IMG/VR virus record: IMGVR_UViG_3300050330_000092
Location: 1-51,355 of that record
Reading direction: 5' to 3' (one strand)
Origin: a virus
Taxonomy: Duplodnaviria; Caudoviricetes
Length of the DNA: 51,355 nucleotides
Translations under genes and position numbers: made by a program
Shown here: piece by piece, positions 17,899 through 27,312 of the stretch
How positions within the stretch are numbered: the first letter of the stretch is position 1
Layout: each line of letters starts with the position of its first letter
Notes under the pieces: generated by a model
The model's input: the letters and a program-made list of their open reading frames with translations, nothing else
Database searches by the model: none
What the model was told of the DNA's origin: nothing

Positions 17899-18363
17899 GA
17901 GCTTCTCTCGTACCTCCTCGGCTTCCGCTGCCGGGAGAAGCCGCCACCTGGTCTCGCGGCCGTCACCTGGCTGGGTGAGGCTGTCAGGGCTGCGTTGCTC
18001 GTCCTTGTCCCGCCTGCTGAGCATCCGGCCCCGCTTCGCCATGCCGGCGCACACCGGGCAGGTCCACTCCTTCGGCATGAACATGTTCGTCTTGTCCTTG
18101 AGCAGGTCCTCGTGGTACCCGCACTTGTGGATACCCGCCTCGTAGGCCTCGAGCTCCCGCATCTGCTGCCGGTCGTCGTCGGTCCACTCGGGTTCCCGGT
18201 AGACGACCGTGTACCCGGTCAGCTGGTCGTTGGCGTCGTAGTGCTCGCGTCGCTCTGCGGGGACTCGGCCGAGGAGGACACTGGGGGATCGGCCGACGGT
18301 GCGCGCGAGCCGCCTGAGGGAGACCTCTTGAGGGTTGCGGACAAGCCGGCTCGCCATTTTGGG
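17809..18363 (-). CDS. Tail assembly chaperone, frameshifted (gpGT-like) C-terminal part
   Basis: -1 frame after C CCA AAA; REPEWTDDDR and CPVC motifs. Confidence 0.75.
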   Translation of the reverse strand, partial: PKMASRLVRNPQEVSLRRLARTVGRSPSVLLGRVPAERREHYDANDQLTGYTVVYREPEWTDDDRQQMRELEAYEAGIHKCGYHEDLLKDKTNMFMPKEWTCPVCAGMAKRGRMLSRRDKDEQRSPDSLTQPGDGRETRWRLLPAAEAEEVREKLSSLERARADSVAAGSESVDSGGPLVERVE

Positions 18364-18926
18364 AGCTCGAAGCCCATCTGCTCGTGCATGGCGACCACGC
18401 CGCGCGCGATCTGCTTCTTGTCCGGCCGCGCGATCGTGGCCGAGAGGACCGCCCAGTCGCCCTCGCTGAGCGGCTCGCCGTCCCACGTGAACGCCCACAC
18501 GGCCAGGTCGTCGATCAGGTCATCGGCGTTGCAGTAGCCGCCGGCGATCTCGAAGTCACGAGCGAACCCGGCCGGGTCCTGTTCCTTGTCGCGGGCCGGG
18601 TGGGCGGAGACCCAGCGCCGCCACGTCCCGTCGTCGACGGCCCGGACCCGCAGCTCGCCCTCGTCCTCCGACATCTTCTCGAGCAGATCGGCGAGACGGT
18701 CACGTACCTCGTCGGCACGCTCGTTCCGGGTCGATTCGCCCATCTTGCGCGGAGGACCGTCCTCGGCGTCACCGGATCCCCCGGTCACCGCCTCCAGGGT
18801 CAGCCGCTCGAGCTCCTCGGAGAGGGCCTCGACCTCGGCGACGACGTGCGGGGACAGGCAGATGGTGAACGCCCGCTCGGCCCGGTGGGCCGGGCGGGCG
18901 GCGCGGAGTTCAGCGAGAGTAGGCAT
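18219..18926 (-). CDS. Tail assembly chaperone (gpG-like)
   Basis: Between the major tail and tape measure genes; RBS AGGAG. Confidence 0.8.
   Translation of the reverse strand: MPTLAELRAARPAHRAERAFTICLSPHVVAEVEALSEELERLTLEAVTGGSGDAEDGPPRKMGESTRNERADEVRDRLADLLEKMSEDEGELRVRAVDDGTWRRWVSAHPARDKEQDPAGFARDFEIAGGYCNADDLIDDLAVWAFTWDGEPLSEGDWAVLSATIARPDKKQIARGVVAMHEQMGFELPKWRAGLSATLKRSPSGGSRAPSADPPVSSSAESPQSDASTTTPTTS
18357..18363 (-). other. Programmed -1 frameshift slippery site CCCAAAA
   Basis: X XXY YYZ heptamer in phase (ELPK to APKMA) linking two overlapping ORFs. Confidence 0.8.
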
Positions 18927-19010
18927 GGTCGGCTCCTGTGCGGGCTGAGGTGGGCTGAAGGTGGGTGCCGCGTCAGCCCGGCGCGGCACCCACCGTCCAG
19001 GGGGTGGGGG

Positions 19011-19550
19011 TCAGGCGGCCGGGACGACGTAGTCGAACTGGGGCTCGGCGCCGTTCGCGAGCACGAACGACTGGGTGACCGAGAAGCGGTCGAACTCCCC
19101 GTCGCCGGTCTGGCCGCGGCGCTGCACACCGCACTCGAGGTGGTAGATGTTCACCACGTCCGCGGTCGCGACGGCACCGGTCTTCCCGTCGATCCCGACG
19201 CCCTCGGCGACGTACACGTCGGTGCCGGGGGTGAGGGCCTCGATGGCCTCGTTGCCGGCCGCCCCCGGGGTGCCCATCTTCTGCGGCACGTAGGAGTACT
19301 GCACGTCACCGATCTCGTAGGTGATGTTCCCCAGCTCCTGGGGGGTCACCTTCGTGCACATCTTCTGCGGGCCGGACCCGACGTTCTGGTTCGGGGTGCC
19401 GGAGAAGTTCCCGTAGATGTGGCACTGCACGAACAGGCCGGCGTTGAGCTCGGCCTTGGTGGGCGCCGTGGGGATCGCCGGCGGCGTGGTGAGCACGATC
19501 AGGATCTTGTTACCCTGGCTGGAGATCTCCTCCGGCATCGTGACGGTCAT
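19011..19550 (-). CDS. Major tail (tube) protein
   Basis: APTKAELNAG motif typical of actinophage tail tubes; synteny. Confidence 0.85.
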   Translation of the reverse strand: MTVTMPEEISSQGNKILIVLTTPPAIPTAPTKAELNAGLFVQCHIYGNFSGTPNQNVGSGPQKMCTKVTPQELGNITYEIGDVQYSYVPQKMGTPGAAGNEAIEALTPGTDVYVAEGVGIDGKTGAVATADVVNIYHLECGVQRRGQTGDGEFDRFSVTQSFVLANGAEPQFDYVVPAA

Positions 19551-19813
19551 CGGTTCTGCTCCTTCTCGGTCGGGGCGGGATCGGTGACCGCCGCCTGCTT
19601 GGTCGCCGCCTCTTCGGAGACGGACGTGTGGGGCTTCGCGGGCCGCCCGGTCCGCTTCCGGATCCGGCGGGGCTTCACGAGCCCGCCGGCGCGGTCGTAG
19701 GCGCTCTCCTCGAGCACGTCGAGGCTGTTGGCCTCGGCGAACGCCCGACCGCGGGGGGTGATCTCGTACTCGTCGCCCAGGTCGTAGCGGACCAGGACCA
19801 GGTCGTCAGCCAT
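19547..19813 (-). CDS. Hypothetical virion-region protein
   Basis: RBS AAGGAG; ATGA overlap. Confidence 0.6.
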   Translation of the reverse strand: MADDLVLVRYDLGDEYEITPRGRAFAEANSLDVLEESAYDRAGGLVKPRRIRKRTGRPAKPHTSVSEEAATKQAAVTDPAPTEKEQNR

Positions 19814-19864
19814 GACGGCTCTCCTTCAGGGGGTTGAGGATGTGGACCCTTCGGTGGGCCGAGG

Positions 19865-20281
19865 TCAGAGGGTGAACGTCCACTCGGCAAGCGCCGAGTA
19901 GTAGCCGTCGTCCTCGGCGGGAAGGTCGGACGGCTGCGCGTCGAGGGGTGTGGATTCCTGGCCGGCGACGGTGATCCGGCGGCCGGTGAGTGCGGTGTCG
20001 GCGCGGTCGAGCGCGAGGTAGGCGTTCCCGACGGTTCCGCACACGACCCGCACCTGCGCCCGGTAGCCGGTGGGTACGGCGCGGCCGGCGCGGCGTACGT
20101 CGCCGCGGCCGCGGGTAGACAGGTGCAGCTCGGCGTAGTTCGCCGGGAGCTGGTTCATGCCCTTGAGGTCGTCGATCAGGTACGTGTCCACGCCGGCGGC
20201 GTCGAGGATCCCGATCAGCATGGCCGCGAGGTCGGACCGGACACTGTCGGTGGACGCGGGCAGGTCAGCGATGATCGGCAT
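19865..20281 (-). CDS. Tail terminator-like protein
   Basis: Size and synteny upstream of the major tail gene. Confidence 0.65.
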   Translation of the reverse strand: MPIIADLPASTDSVRSDLAAMLIGILDAAGVDTYLIDDLKGMNQLPANYAELHLSTRGRGDVRRAGRAVPTGYRAQVRVVCGTVGNAYLALDRADTALTGRRITVAGQESTPLDAQPSDLPAEDDGYYSALAEWTFTL

Positions 20282-20285
20282 CAGG

Positions 20286-20684
20286 TCACCAGAACCAGCC
20301 GTCGACGGTACGGCTGACCTCGCCCGCGAACGCCGGCGCGATCAAGTCGAACGACTTCGCCAGGTCGTTATGCGGGGGCTGGTTCCTCGAGCCGCCCTCG
20401 AACGACATTCCGCCCTGCGGTAGCGCCGGATCGGGCCCGTACTCGCCGGAGATCCCAGCGGAGCCGCCGAACTCGACGATGCCGTGCATCTCGGACGTGA
20501 TCGACCGCGGGTAGTGCTTGCCGTGCTCGCCGGCGGTGCGCTTCGCGTTGTCCCGCGCGACTGTGGCACCGACCTTGATGCCCTCGCGGACCACCTTGAC
20601 CATGTCGCGGCGTGCACCGCGGGCGATACCCGCCATGTCGGAGGCCAAGTCGTCGATGCCGTGGATGACGCGCACGCGGGCCAT
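20286..20684 (-). CDS. Neck protein (HK97 gp10-like)
   Basis: HGKHYPRSIT, FEGGSRNQPPH motifs; synteny. Confidence 0.7.
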   Translation of the reverse strand: MARVRVIHGIDDLASDMAGIARGARRDMVKVVREGIKVGATVARDNAKRTAGEHGKHYPRSITSEMHGIVEFGGSAGISGEYGPDPALPQGGMSFEGGSRNQPPHNDLAKSFDLIAPAFAGEVSRTVDGWFW

Positions 20685-20833
20685 CAGAACGTTCCCCAGT
20701 CGTGGGGCTCCCAGGTGGCCTGTGCGAGTGCCCATGCCGTGTGCAGCTGCCGGGCGGCCGCAGCGGCGGCCGCCATCCGGCCCGTGAACGAGTCGTCCAG
20801 CTTGAGGGTGACAGGAACTCGACGCTCAGCCAT
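20684..20833 (-). CDS. 49-aa protein resembling the tape-measure N-terminus
   Basis: TGATG-coupled on both sides; RRVPVTLKLDDSFTGRMAAAA. Confidence 0.5.
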   Translation of the reverse strand: MAERRVPVTLKLDDSFTGRMAAAAAAARQLHTAWALAQATWEPHDWGTF

Positions 20834-21240
20834 CAGGCCCACTCCTCGGGTCGGGCGGTCTCCACGATGGGGAGCCGGCGGGCGGTCTTCTGGTCGTACC
20901 GGATCGCGGCGACGATCCGCCACACGTCGCCGGCCCACTCGCCCGCGGTGACCTCGATGAGGTCGTCGTCGCGAAGGTCGACGGTGGTAGCGGGGACGGA
21001 CCCGATCCCAGTCGCTTCCTCGAAGGTGACGCCACCGATGGTGACGCCACGGGAGCCACCGTCACCGGAGGAGCCGCCCGAGGACCGGAAGGGGAGGTCG
21101 ACGTGCACGGCGCCCCACTCGGGGACGTCGTAGCCGTTGACCTTGACCTTTCCACCGGTCTTGCGCATCACCACGACGCGGGAGGTCATGCGCTCGTTGG
21201 CCATGGTTCGGCCGCGAGCGAGGACGTCGGAGAGCGCCAT
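20833..21240 (-). CDS. Head-to-tail stopper (DUF6093-like)
   Basis: C-terminal QKTARRLPI motif; synteny. Confidence 0.75.
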   Translation of the reverse strand: MALSDVLARGRTMANERMTSRVVVMRKTGGKVKVNGYDVPEWGAVHVDLPFRSSGGSSGDGGSRGVTIGGVTFEEATGIGSVPATTVDLRDDDLIEVTAGEWAGDVWRIVAAIRYDQKTARRLPIVETARPEEWA

Positions 21241-21614
21241 CAGCTGTACTTGAACGAGCCGGCGGTCGGGGCGGGCGGGGTGAGGCGGCGCAGCTCGGCG
21301 GCGGTGAAGTAGACGTCCTCAGTCGCGTTGCTGCGCTTCCGGGACTCGCGGTAGTCGTCGAGGCTCGCGGACTCTTCCTCGATGCCTTCGGGGTTGCGGA
21401 GCACCCGGAGTGCGGCAGCTGCGACGACGTCAACGAGGTCGTCGGTGGTGGCCCACCCGGATGCGATTGCCGCGTCGACGGTCGTGCCCCGGACTCTGAG
21501 TTCCGCCTGCAGTGCTCGCCAGGCTTCGTCGAGGCGGGTCTGGGGAGCCTGGTCGCCTGAGGTGAGGACGTACCCGCGGGCGGTGAGGGCCTCGGTGGTG
21601 GCCGGGTTGTCCAT
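21240..21614 (-). CDS. Head-to-tail adaptor
   Basis: LRVLRNPEG, DDY, YFTAAEL motifs. Confidence 0.8.
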   Translation of the reverse strand: MDNPATTEALTARGYVLTSGDQAPQTRLDEAWRALQAELRVRGTTVDAAIASGWATTDDLVDVVAAAALRVLRNPEGIEEESASLDDYRESRKRSNATEDVYFTAAELRRLTPPAPTAGSFKYS

Positions 21615-21634
21615 GGGTACGTCCTCCCTCCGGG

Positions 21635-21850
21635 TCAGGCGTCGTCGTCGCTGGTGCGGCGGGTGCCGCTGCGGCGCGACTTGGTCTCGGCCTTGGCCGT
21701 GGGCGGGTCCTCGTCGGCGGCCTTGGACTGCTTGGTGCCGGTCCAGCGGTCGTCGTTGGGGAACTTGGCTGCCAGCTCCTTGGTCTCGGCCGTGCCGGCG
21801 GGGTACACGACCCCGCCGACGACGACCGCGGTCCGCAGCTCGCGGGCCAT
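21635..21850 (-). CDS. Small head-associated protein
   Basis: Coupled to the capsid gene stop. Confidence 0.6.
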   Translation of the reverse strand: MARELRTAVVVGGVVYPAGTAETKELAAKFPNDDRWTGTKQSKAADEDPPTAKAETKSRRSGTRRTSDDDA

Positions 21851-22851
21851 CAGACCGTGGCCTCCAGGCCGGACATGATCACGATGTCCTCGTTGTCCTG
21901 GATGACGGGCAGCCCGACCGAAGCGCCCTTGACGGCACGCTGGACGGGGTTGTCCTGCCCGAGCGTGATGATCGTCATCCCGGGAGCCTCGAGCGGGGTC
22001 AGGACCCGGTTCTGGACCTGCTGCACCGCCTCCTGGGTGACACCGAGCTCGGTGCGGCCGATCGCGTCCCCGGCGGGCAGGAACGTGCCGTACCCCTCGG
22101 GGTAGATCCGGGTCTTCGTGCCGTCCTCGAGCCGCAGGGTGCGGTCGTAGGTGTAGAAGCCCGGCAGGCCGCGGTCGGCGGCGTACGCGTTGAGCGAGGT
22201 CTGCCCGACCGGCTGCTGCGGGAACAGGGCCTGCAGCGACGCGAGCGCCTTGCGGTACACCTTCGCGGTGGTGAGGAATACCCCGGCGGGGGCGCCGGAG
22301 GTGTCCTGGAACACCTCGTGGGCGGCCTCGTAGGCGGTCCAGAAGTTCTCCCCGGCCGCGACGGCGATCTTCTGGCCGGCGTCGATGTCGAAGTCCACGG
22401 CGTGCACCGCACCGTCCTCGGCGGTCAGCGACACCACGCCCGTGGAGAGGGCCTGGCCGCGCATCAGCTCGAAGGTGTTGTCGGTGGCGAGCGCCACGAG
22501 CCCGGCCGCGGCGTTGACCCACGGCGACCAGTCGACCTGCTGCCCGGCGAGCTGCTGGGCGAGGATGAACTCCATGTTCAGGTCGGTCTCGGTGAGGTCC
22601 ACGATCGGGGTGACCGCGGGGAGCTCGCCGCGGACGTCGACGATCCCGGGGCGCTTGATCGGCGTCGCGGGGGCGTCGAACGCGCGGATCGGGACGGTCT
22701 GGTCGACGCGCTTGCGGCGACCGAGGCGGTAGGTGATCGCCTGGACCGGCGTGTTCGGCAGGAACCGGGCGAGGCTGTTCCGGTCGTCCCGGAGGGCGCG
22801 GGCCGCGAGGATCACGGGGCGCAGGTCGGGGACGAGGTCCATCATCTGCAT
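21850..22851 (-). CDS. Major capsid protein (lambda gpE-like)
   Basis: LARFLPN, ELMRGQALSTG, GRTELGVTQEA; follows the decoration protein. Confidence 0.85.
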   Translation of the reverse strand: MQMMDLVPDLRPVILAARALRDDRNSLARFLPNTPVQAITYRLGRRKRVDQTVPIRAFDAPATPIKRPGIVDVRGELPAVTPIVDLTETDLNMEFILAQQLAGQQVDWSPWVNAAAGLVALATDNTFELMRGQALSTGVVSLTAEDGAVHAVDFDIDAGQKIAVAAGENFWTAYEAAHEVFQDTSGAPAGVFLTTAKVYRKALASLQALFPQQPVGQTSLNAYAADRGLPGFYTYDRTLRLEDGTKTRIYPEGYGTFLPAGDAIGRTELGVTQEAVQQVQNRVLTPLEAPGMTIITLGQDNPVQRAVKGASVGLPVIQDNEDIVIMSGLEATV

Positions 22852-22872
22852 GTCAGGGGGTCCTCTCTCGGA

Positions 22873-23199
22873 TCAGGCCGGCACGGTGCCGTTGATGAAC
22901 GTGATCGTCCGCAGGCTGGTCTCCTGCGCGGCGGTCAGCGCGGTGGGCAGGTAGCGCCGGTCGACGGTGCCTGCGTGGACGACGGAGATCAGGTGGCTCT
23001 CGCCGGCCTTGATCACGAAGTCGTTGAGGACCAGGCCCTCGCCGGCGACGATCGAGCCGGACTTCACGAGCCCGTCCGCGTCGTCGGCGACGTCGGCCGA
23101 GGTCACGGTCACGCCGTGGGTCTCGGCCTTGAGCATGTCGCGGAGCCACCGGCGGTCGCCGGTGTCGTAGGTGGTGCGCTTGGGCGCGAAGTTGGACAC
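22873..23199 (-). CDS. Head decoration protein
   Basis: GLVKSG, VHAGTVDRRYLP; position between scaffold and capsid. Confidence 0.75.
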   Translation of the reverse strand: MSNFAPKRTTYDTGDRRWLRDMLKAETHGVTVTSADVADDADGLVKSGSIVAGEGLVLNDFVIKAGESHLISVVHAGTVDRRYLPTALTAAQETSLRTITFINGTVPA

Positions 23200-23272
23200 G
23201 GGAGTCTCCTTCGGGTCGGTGTCCTGATGGGTCCGGTGGTCGTGGCCTCGCGCCTACGCCGTCCGGGTTGGG

Positions 23273-24040
23273 TCAGCTGGTGGGTGTGCTGCTGGTGGTG
23301 CGGATGCCGGTGGCGCGCTGCATGTCGGCGAGCGCGGCCTTGACCTTCTCCGCGTCGGTAACCGCGGCAGGGCCGCCGCCACCGATCCCGATGGGGGCCT
23401 GCCGGGTCGTGGACTTGGCGAGGTGCGGCTTGCGGGTCACGAGGTCGTCGAGCGCGGTCTTGACCTTCTCGGCGTCGGCTGTGCCCTGCTCGGTGACGAT
23501 GGTGGTGAGGTCGATGTTGGCCAGGGCGTCGGTGGCGTCGTGGAGCTTGTCCTTCGCGGCGTCGAGCACCGCGGTGCGGACCTTCTCGGCCGCGGCCTGG
23601 GTCTCGCGCTGCTCCTCGCGCTCCACGAACGGCTTCACGGCGGCCTCCACGGCCTGCTGGACGATCGCTGCGATGTCCGGCTGGTCACCGGTGGCCGGCT
23701 GCGGCTTCGGGGGCTCCGTCGGCGTGGCCGTCGCCTGCGCCGGCTGCTTGGGCGGCGCGGGCCGGGCCCGGGACGCGGCGAGCGCCCGCTCGGCGGCCTG
23801 CCGGGCCTCACGCTCGCGGGTGAGCGCGGCGCGGCCGGGGTCGCTCAGCGCGGCCCACTCGTCCTCGGTGACACCGTCGGGGCGCTCCGGCGCGGCGGGC
23901 GGCGTGGCGGGGTCCGGCTCGGGCGGGGTGGCGGTCATCTTCCAGCCACCGAAGACGGCACGGTGGTGGGCGAAGAGGTCCGGGAGCGTGTCGAGGGTGA
24001 TCTCGGCGGGCTTCGCGGGGATGAGGGGGTTCTGGGACAT
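23273..24040 (-). CDS. Capsid scaffolding protein
   Basis: LSDPGRAAL..ERE, KPHLAK motifs. Confidence 0.8.
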   Translation of the reverse strand: MSQNPLIPAKPAEITLDTLPDLFAHHRAVFGGWKMTATPPEPDPATPPAAPERPDGVTEDEWAALSDPGRAALTREREARQAAERALAASRARPAPPKQPAQATATPTEPPKPQPATGDQPDIAAIVQQAVEAAVKPFVEREEQRETQAAAEKVRTAVLDAAKDKLHDATDALANIDLTTIVTEQGTADAEKVKTALDDLVTRKPHLAKSTTRQAPIGIGGGGPAAVTDAEKVKAALADMQRATGIRTTSSTPTS

Positions 24041-24111
24041 CGCGTCTCCTGTCGGGTGGCGCGCTTGGTGCGCGGCGCCGGGCGCCTTCCGCTCGTCGCG
24101 AGTCGGGAAGT

Positions 24112-25191
24112 TCAGCGGATGAAGCCGGCCAGCCGGAGGAGCCGGATGGCTTCGTCGCGGTCGCCGCCGGTGATCTCGTAGATCGACTCGGGCATGAGCC
24201 GCTGCGTCATGTTCCGGCCGGTCCTGCCGCGGTAGGCGACACCGAACCGGGTGGTTCCGTCGCTGGACACGAAGACTTCGCGGCCACCGACCTGCGCGGT
24301 CGACATGCCCCGGCGGGCGTTCACGACCTGGTTGATGTCGGCGCCATCGCGGATCGCCTGCGCGCCGGCCTGGGTGAAGATCCGGTCCTGCTCGGCCACG
24401 GTGAGGGACCGGAAGTACCGGTCGGGGTTCACGGTGAGGTCCTTGGCGTCGGACTCGCGGGCGGGGATGTGGCGGCAGTCGCACAGCGGGTGCCGCTCGA
24501 ACCCGTCGTTCCAGCGGTAGAACTTGCCGGCGAGGATCACGCACCTCGAGCACGACGGCGGGTTCAGCATCCGCACCCACCCGCCGACCTCCGGGTGCGC
24601 GACGGTCGCAGCGGATTCCGCGGCGCGCGCGGCGTCGATCACGATGCTCGCCGCGACCTGCTCGACCCATCGTTCGGCCTCGGCGAGCGCCTCACGGGCC
24701 GCGGCGTCGGTGTTGCGGGCGACGTCGTCCGCGAGTTTGGCCTTGCGGTCCCGCTCCAGGGAGTCCCAGAGCGCATCCGACATCCACGCGGGCCGGTCGA
24801 TCGGCTCGGCCGCCTCCGAGATGGTGCGGTACTCGTTGAACCTCTGGCCGGCGCGGGGGATTGCGAGACCGAGGAGTGACTCCACGGGCCGCCCGTCGCC
24901 GGCGACTCCGGCGAACGCGGTCGGGATGACCACGCCGGTCTCGGGTTGGTCGACCAGCTGGAGCTCGGCGAGCACGGCCGCGATGTAGGTGTCGGCGTCC
25001 CGCGCTGCCGCGACCTGCGCGGCCGCGACAAGCATCAGCAGCTGGGCGCCGATTCCGTCGTTGGCGTACTGCTCGTCCCACCGGCCGGCCGGGTCGATGC
25101 GGCGCCAGGCGAGGCGTACGGCGATGAGGAGCCGCGCGAGGATGCTCTGCTGGCGGCGGTAGTAGTCAGCCGACGAGCGTGGGATCGGCAC
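24112..25191 (-). CDS. Minor head / MuF-like protein
   Basis: CSRCVILAG..GFERHPLCDCRH; RLMPESIY. Confidence 0.8.
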   Translation of the reverse strand: MPIPRSSADYYRRQQSILARLLIAVRLAWRRIDPAGRWDEQYANDGIGAQLLMLVAAAQVAAARDADTYIAAVLAELQLVDQPETGVVIPTAFAGVAGDGRPVESLLGLAIPRAGQRFNEYRTISEAAEPIDRPAWMSDALWDSLERDRKAKLADDVARNTDAAAREALAEAERWVEQVAASIVIDAARAAESAATVAHPEVGGWVRMLNPPSCSRCVILAGKFYRWNDGFERHPLCDCRHIPARESDAKDLTVNPDRYFRSLTVAEQDRIFTQAGAQAIRDGADINQVVNARRGMSTAQVGGREVFVSSDGTTRFGVAYRGRTGRNMTQRLMPESIYEITGGDRDEAIRLLRLAGFIR

Positions 25192-26656
25192 CGAGGAACT
25201 CCCTGCTCAGGCGCTCGAACGGGTCCTGCTGCTCGGCGAGTCGCTGACGGCGGGTCTCCTCGAACTCGTTGACCGCGGCGTCGACGGTCTCCTTGTCCCA
25301 GCCGAGGACCTGCTCCCCGAGAGCCCGGACCCCCATCCCGGTCGAGGCGAGCTTCGTGAACTGGTCGACCAGCTGGGACTCGATGCGGGTCTCGGGGTCG
25401 ACCCACCGCGGCTTCACCCGGGTCCGGATGCTCGGGGCCTCGATGGCCAGGATGTGCTGCCCGGAGCGGCGCCAGGCCTGGTTGAGGCTGCCGTGCTCGC
25501 CCATCCGACGGACACGCCGCACCATCGGCGCCTCGTCGGTCTTCAGGAGCTCCGCGGACATGTGGGACTTCAGGTCGAGGGAGAAGTACGTCGACGCGAG
25601 CGCGGTCTTCGCGCGCACCTTCGCCGACGCGTGCTCGGCCCAGGTCACGAACGACGCCAGCCCGGCCGGCTCGAGCTGCCCGAACTTCGCGTCCTTGCTG
25701 GAGTTCGCCCAGAAGTGGTCTGCGCGGGGATTTAACCCGACCATCGGCTTCCCGTCGGCGCCGAGCAGCGGCTTCGACGGGTCCTTCGGGTCCCGCGGGA
25801 CATCCAGGCCGGTGGCGTACCGGATCGGGACGGCACCGAAGTGCCCTGCGAACACCAGAAGGCCTTCGACGAGGTCGACGACGTCGACCAGGGACGCGAT
25901 CGGCTCGATCTCGGACACCGGGTCCTTCAGCAGCCGCGCGCGCGGCGCGAGCTCGGACACCGGCACCACACCGGTCAGACCGGTGGGCTTCGGGTCGCCG
26001 ACCACCGACCACCGGGACGTCTCACCAGACCCCTCAGGGTCCGTGACCTCCACGTCACCCTCGGCCAGGTCGTAGTCGAGGCCGGGGAGGCGGAGCAGCC
26101 CGGCGCGCTTCCCGGTCCAGTCGTCGGTCCAGATCTTCAGGTACGCGATCACGTCGTAGGGCACCGACTGCGACCGGACGACCGCGGCCTGGGTGGCGGA
26201 CTCGATGCCCACGACCGCCCGGGTCTCGTCGTTCCTGTCGCGGCCGACCGAGATGAACGCCCGGGACGCGATCAGCGACTCCCGGTGGCCCTCGTGGTGC
26301 ATGACGTCGAGGTCGTTGTCCTCCCACGCCTTCTCGAGCTTCGCGGCGGCGTCCTTGTCGTCGGCCGTGATCCCGCCGAGCCCGAGCCGCTCGGTGAGCG
26401 CGTCGACGACGATCCCGCCCGTCCCGGACTTGGGAACGTCGAGCATCGAGTGGAGGCTGCCGGTCAGGACGGAGTCGACGACCCGCCCGTCGGCGGATGC
26501 GACCACCAGACCGGGGTATACCTCGGCGTACTCACGGGCCAGGAACGGCAGCACGTACTCGTTGGCGTACCGCTTCTCGAACGGATCGGCGTACCGGGCC
26601 TGGTCTTCGATCTTCGTCAGGAGGCGCTTGACCCACTGCATCACGGTCGGTGTCAC
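25166..26656 (-). CDS. Portal protein
   Basis: IVVDALTERL, WEDNDLD, KFGQL; follows the terminase. Confidence 0.88.
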   Translation of the reverse strand: MTPTVMQWVKRLLTKIEDQARYADPFEKRYANEYVLPFLAREYAEVYPGLVVASADGRVVDSVLTGSLHSMLDVPKSGTGGIVVDALTERLGLGGITADDKDAAAKLEKAWEDNDLDVMHHEGHRESLIASRAFISVGRDRNDETRAVVGIESATQAAVVRSQSVPYDVIAYLKIWTDDWTGKRAGLLRLPGLDYDLAEGDVEVTDPEGSGETSRWSVVGDPKPTGLTGVVPVSELAPRARLLKDPVSEIEPIASLVDVVDLVEGLLVFAGHFGAVPIRYATGLDVPRDPKDPSKPLLGADGKPMVGLNPRADHFWANSSKDAKFGQLEPAGLASFVTWAEHASAKVRAKTALASTYFSLDLKSHMSAELLKTDEAPMVRRVRRMGEHGSLNQAWRRSGQHILAIEAPSIRTRVKPRWVDPETRIESQLVDQFTKLASTGMGVRALGEQVLGWDKETVDAAVNEFEETRRQRLAEQQDPFERLSREFLGADPTLVG

Positions 26657-26685
26657 CGGGCAGTCGCCCTCCTCTCGGTCGTGCG

Positions 26686-27312
26686 TCACATGCCGAACAC
26701 CAGCGGCGGGAGCTCCTCGGCGGGCCACCCGGCGGCCCGCTCGTCGGCGGCCGCCTCGTGGCAGACCACCGAGGTCACGCCGGCGTCGATCTTCTGGGTC
26801 TGTCCCGGCTTCCCGAGGGTGTACCGGTCACCGGTCTTCGCGATCTTGCGGGCGTTCCCGACGTGGGTGGTGGTGATGGGGCACCCGTCGTGGGTGAAGG
26901 TGCGGTTCCGGGCGTCGGACTCGAACCGCCGCAGCGCGGGGTACATCCGGCCGAGCTGGTTGGTGGGCCAGGGCACGAACACGTCGGGGCCGTAGGCGAG
27001 GTCCCACTCCTCGATCTCGGTCGACCAGTCGGACTCGTCGTGGAACCCGGGGTCGCAGTAGACCCGCCGGAGCCGATACCGACGCGCGAGCTCCTCCCAA
27101 GCCACGTTGACCTGCTGGCGAGGGATCCGTCCACCCCACTCGGCGGGATTCCAGATCGCCGGCCGCCGGTCCGGACCGTAGCGAGGGGTGAACAGGAACC
27201 CTTCGCGCGTCTCGAGCTTGATGGCCGTGAAGTCGTCGTTCTCGCTGCCGTCGAACCCACCGCACACGGAAGTCCCGTCGGGCGGGTTCGGAAGCCACAG
27301 ATCACCGCGCAT
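26686..27312 (-). CDS. terL: Terminase large subunit, nuclease domain (separate ORF)
   Basis: GFDGSENDDFTA, YCDP, HDG, QKIDA RNase H-like motifs. Confidence 0.85.
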   Translation of the reverse strand: MRGDLWLPNPPDGTSVCGGFDGSENDDFTAIKLETREGFLFTPRYGPDRRPAIWNPAEWGGRIPRQQVNVAWEELARRYRLRRVYCDPGFHDESDWSTEIEEWDLAYGPDVFVPWPTNQLGRMYPALRRFESDARNRTFTHDGCPITTTHVGNARKIAKTGDRYTLGKPGQTQKIDAGVTSVVCHEAAADERAAGWPAEELPPLVFGM

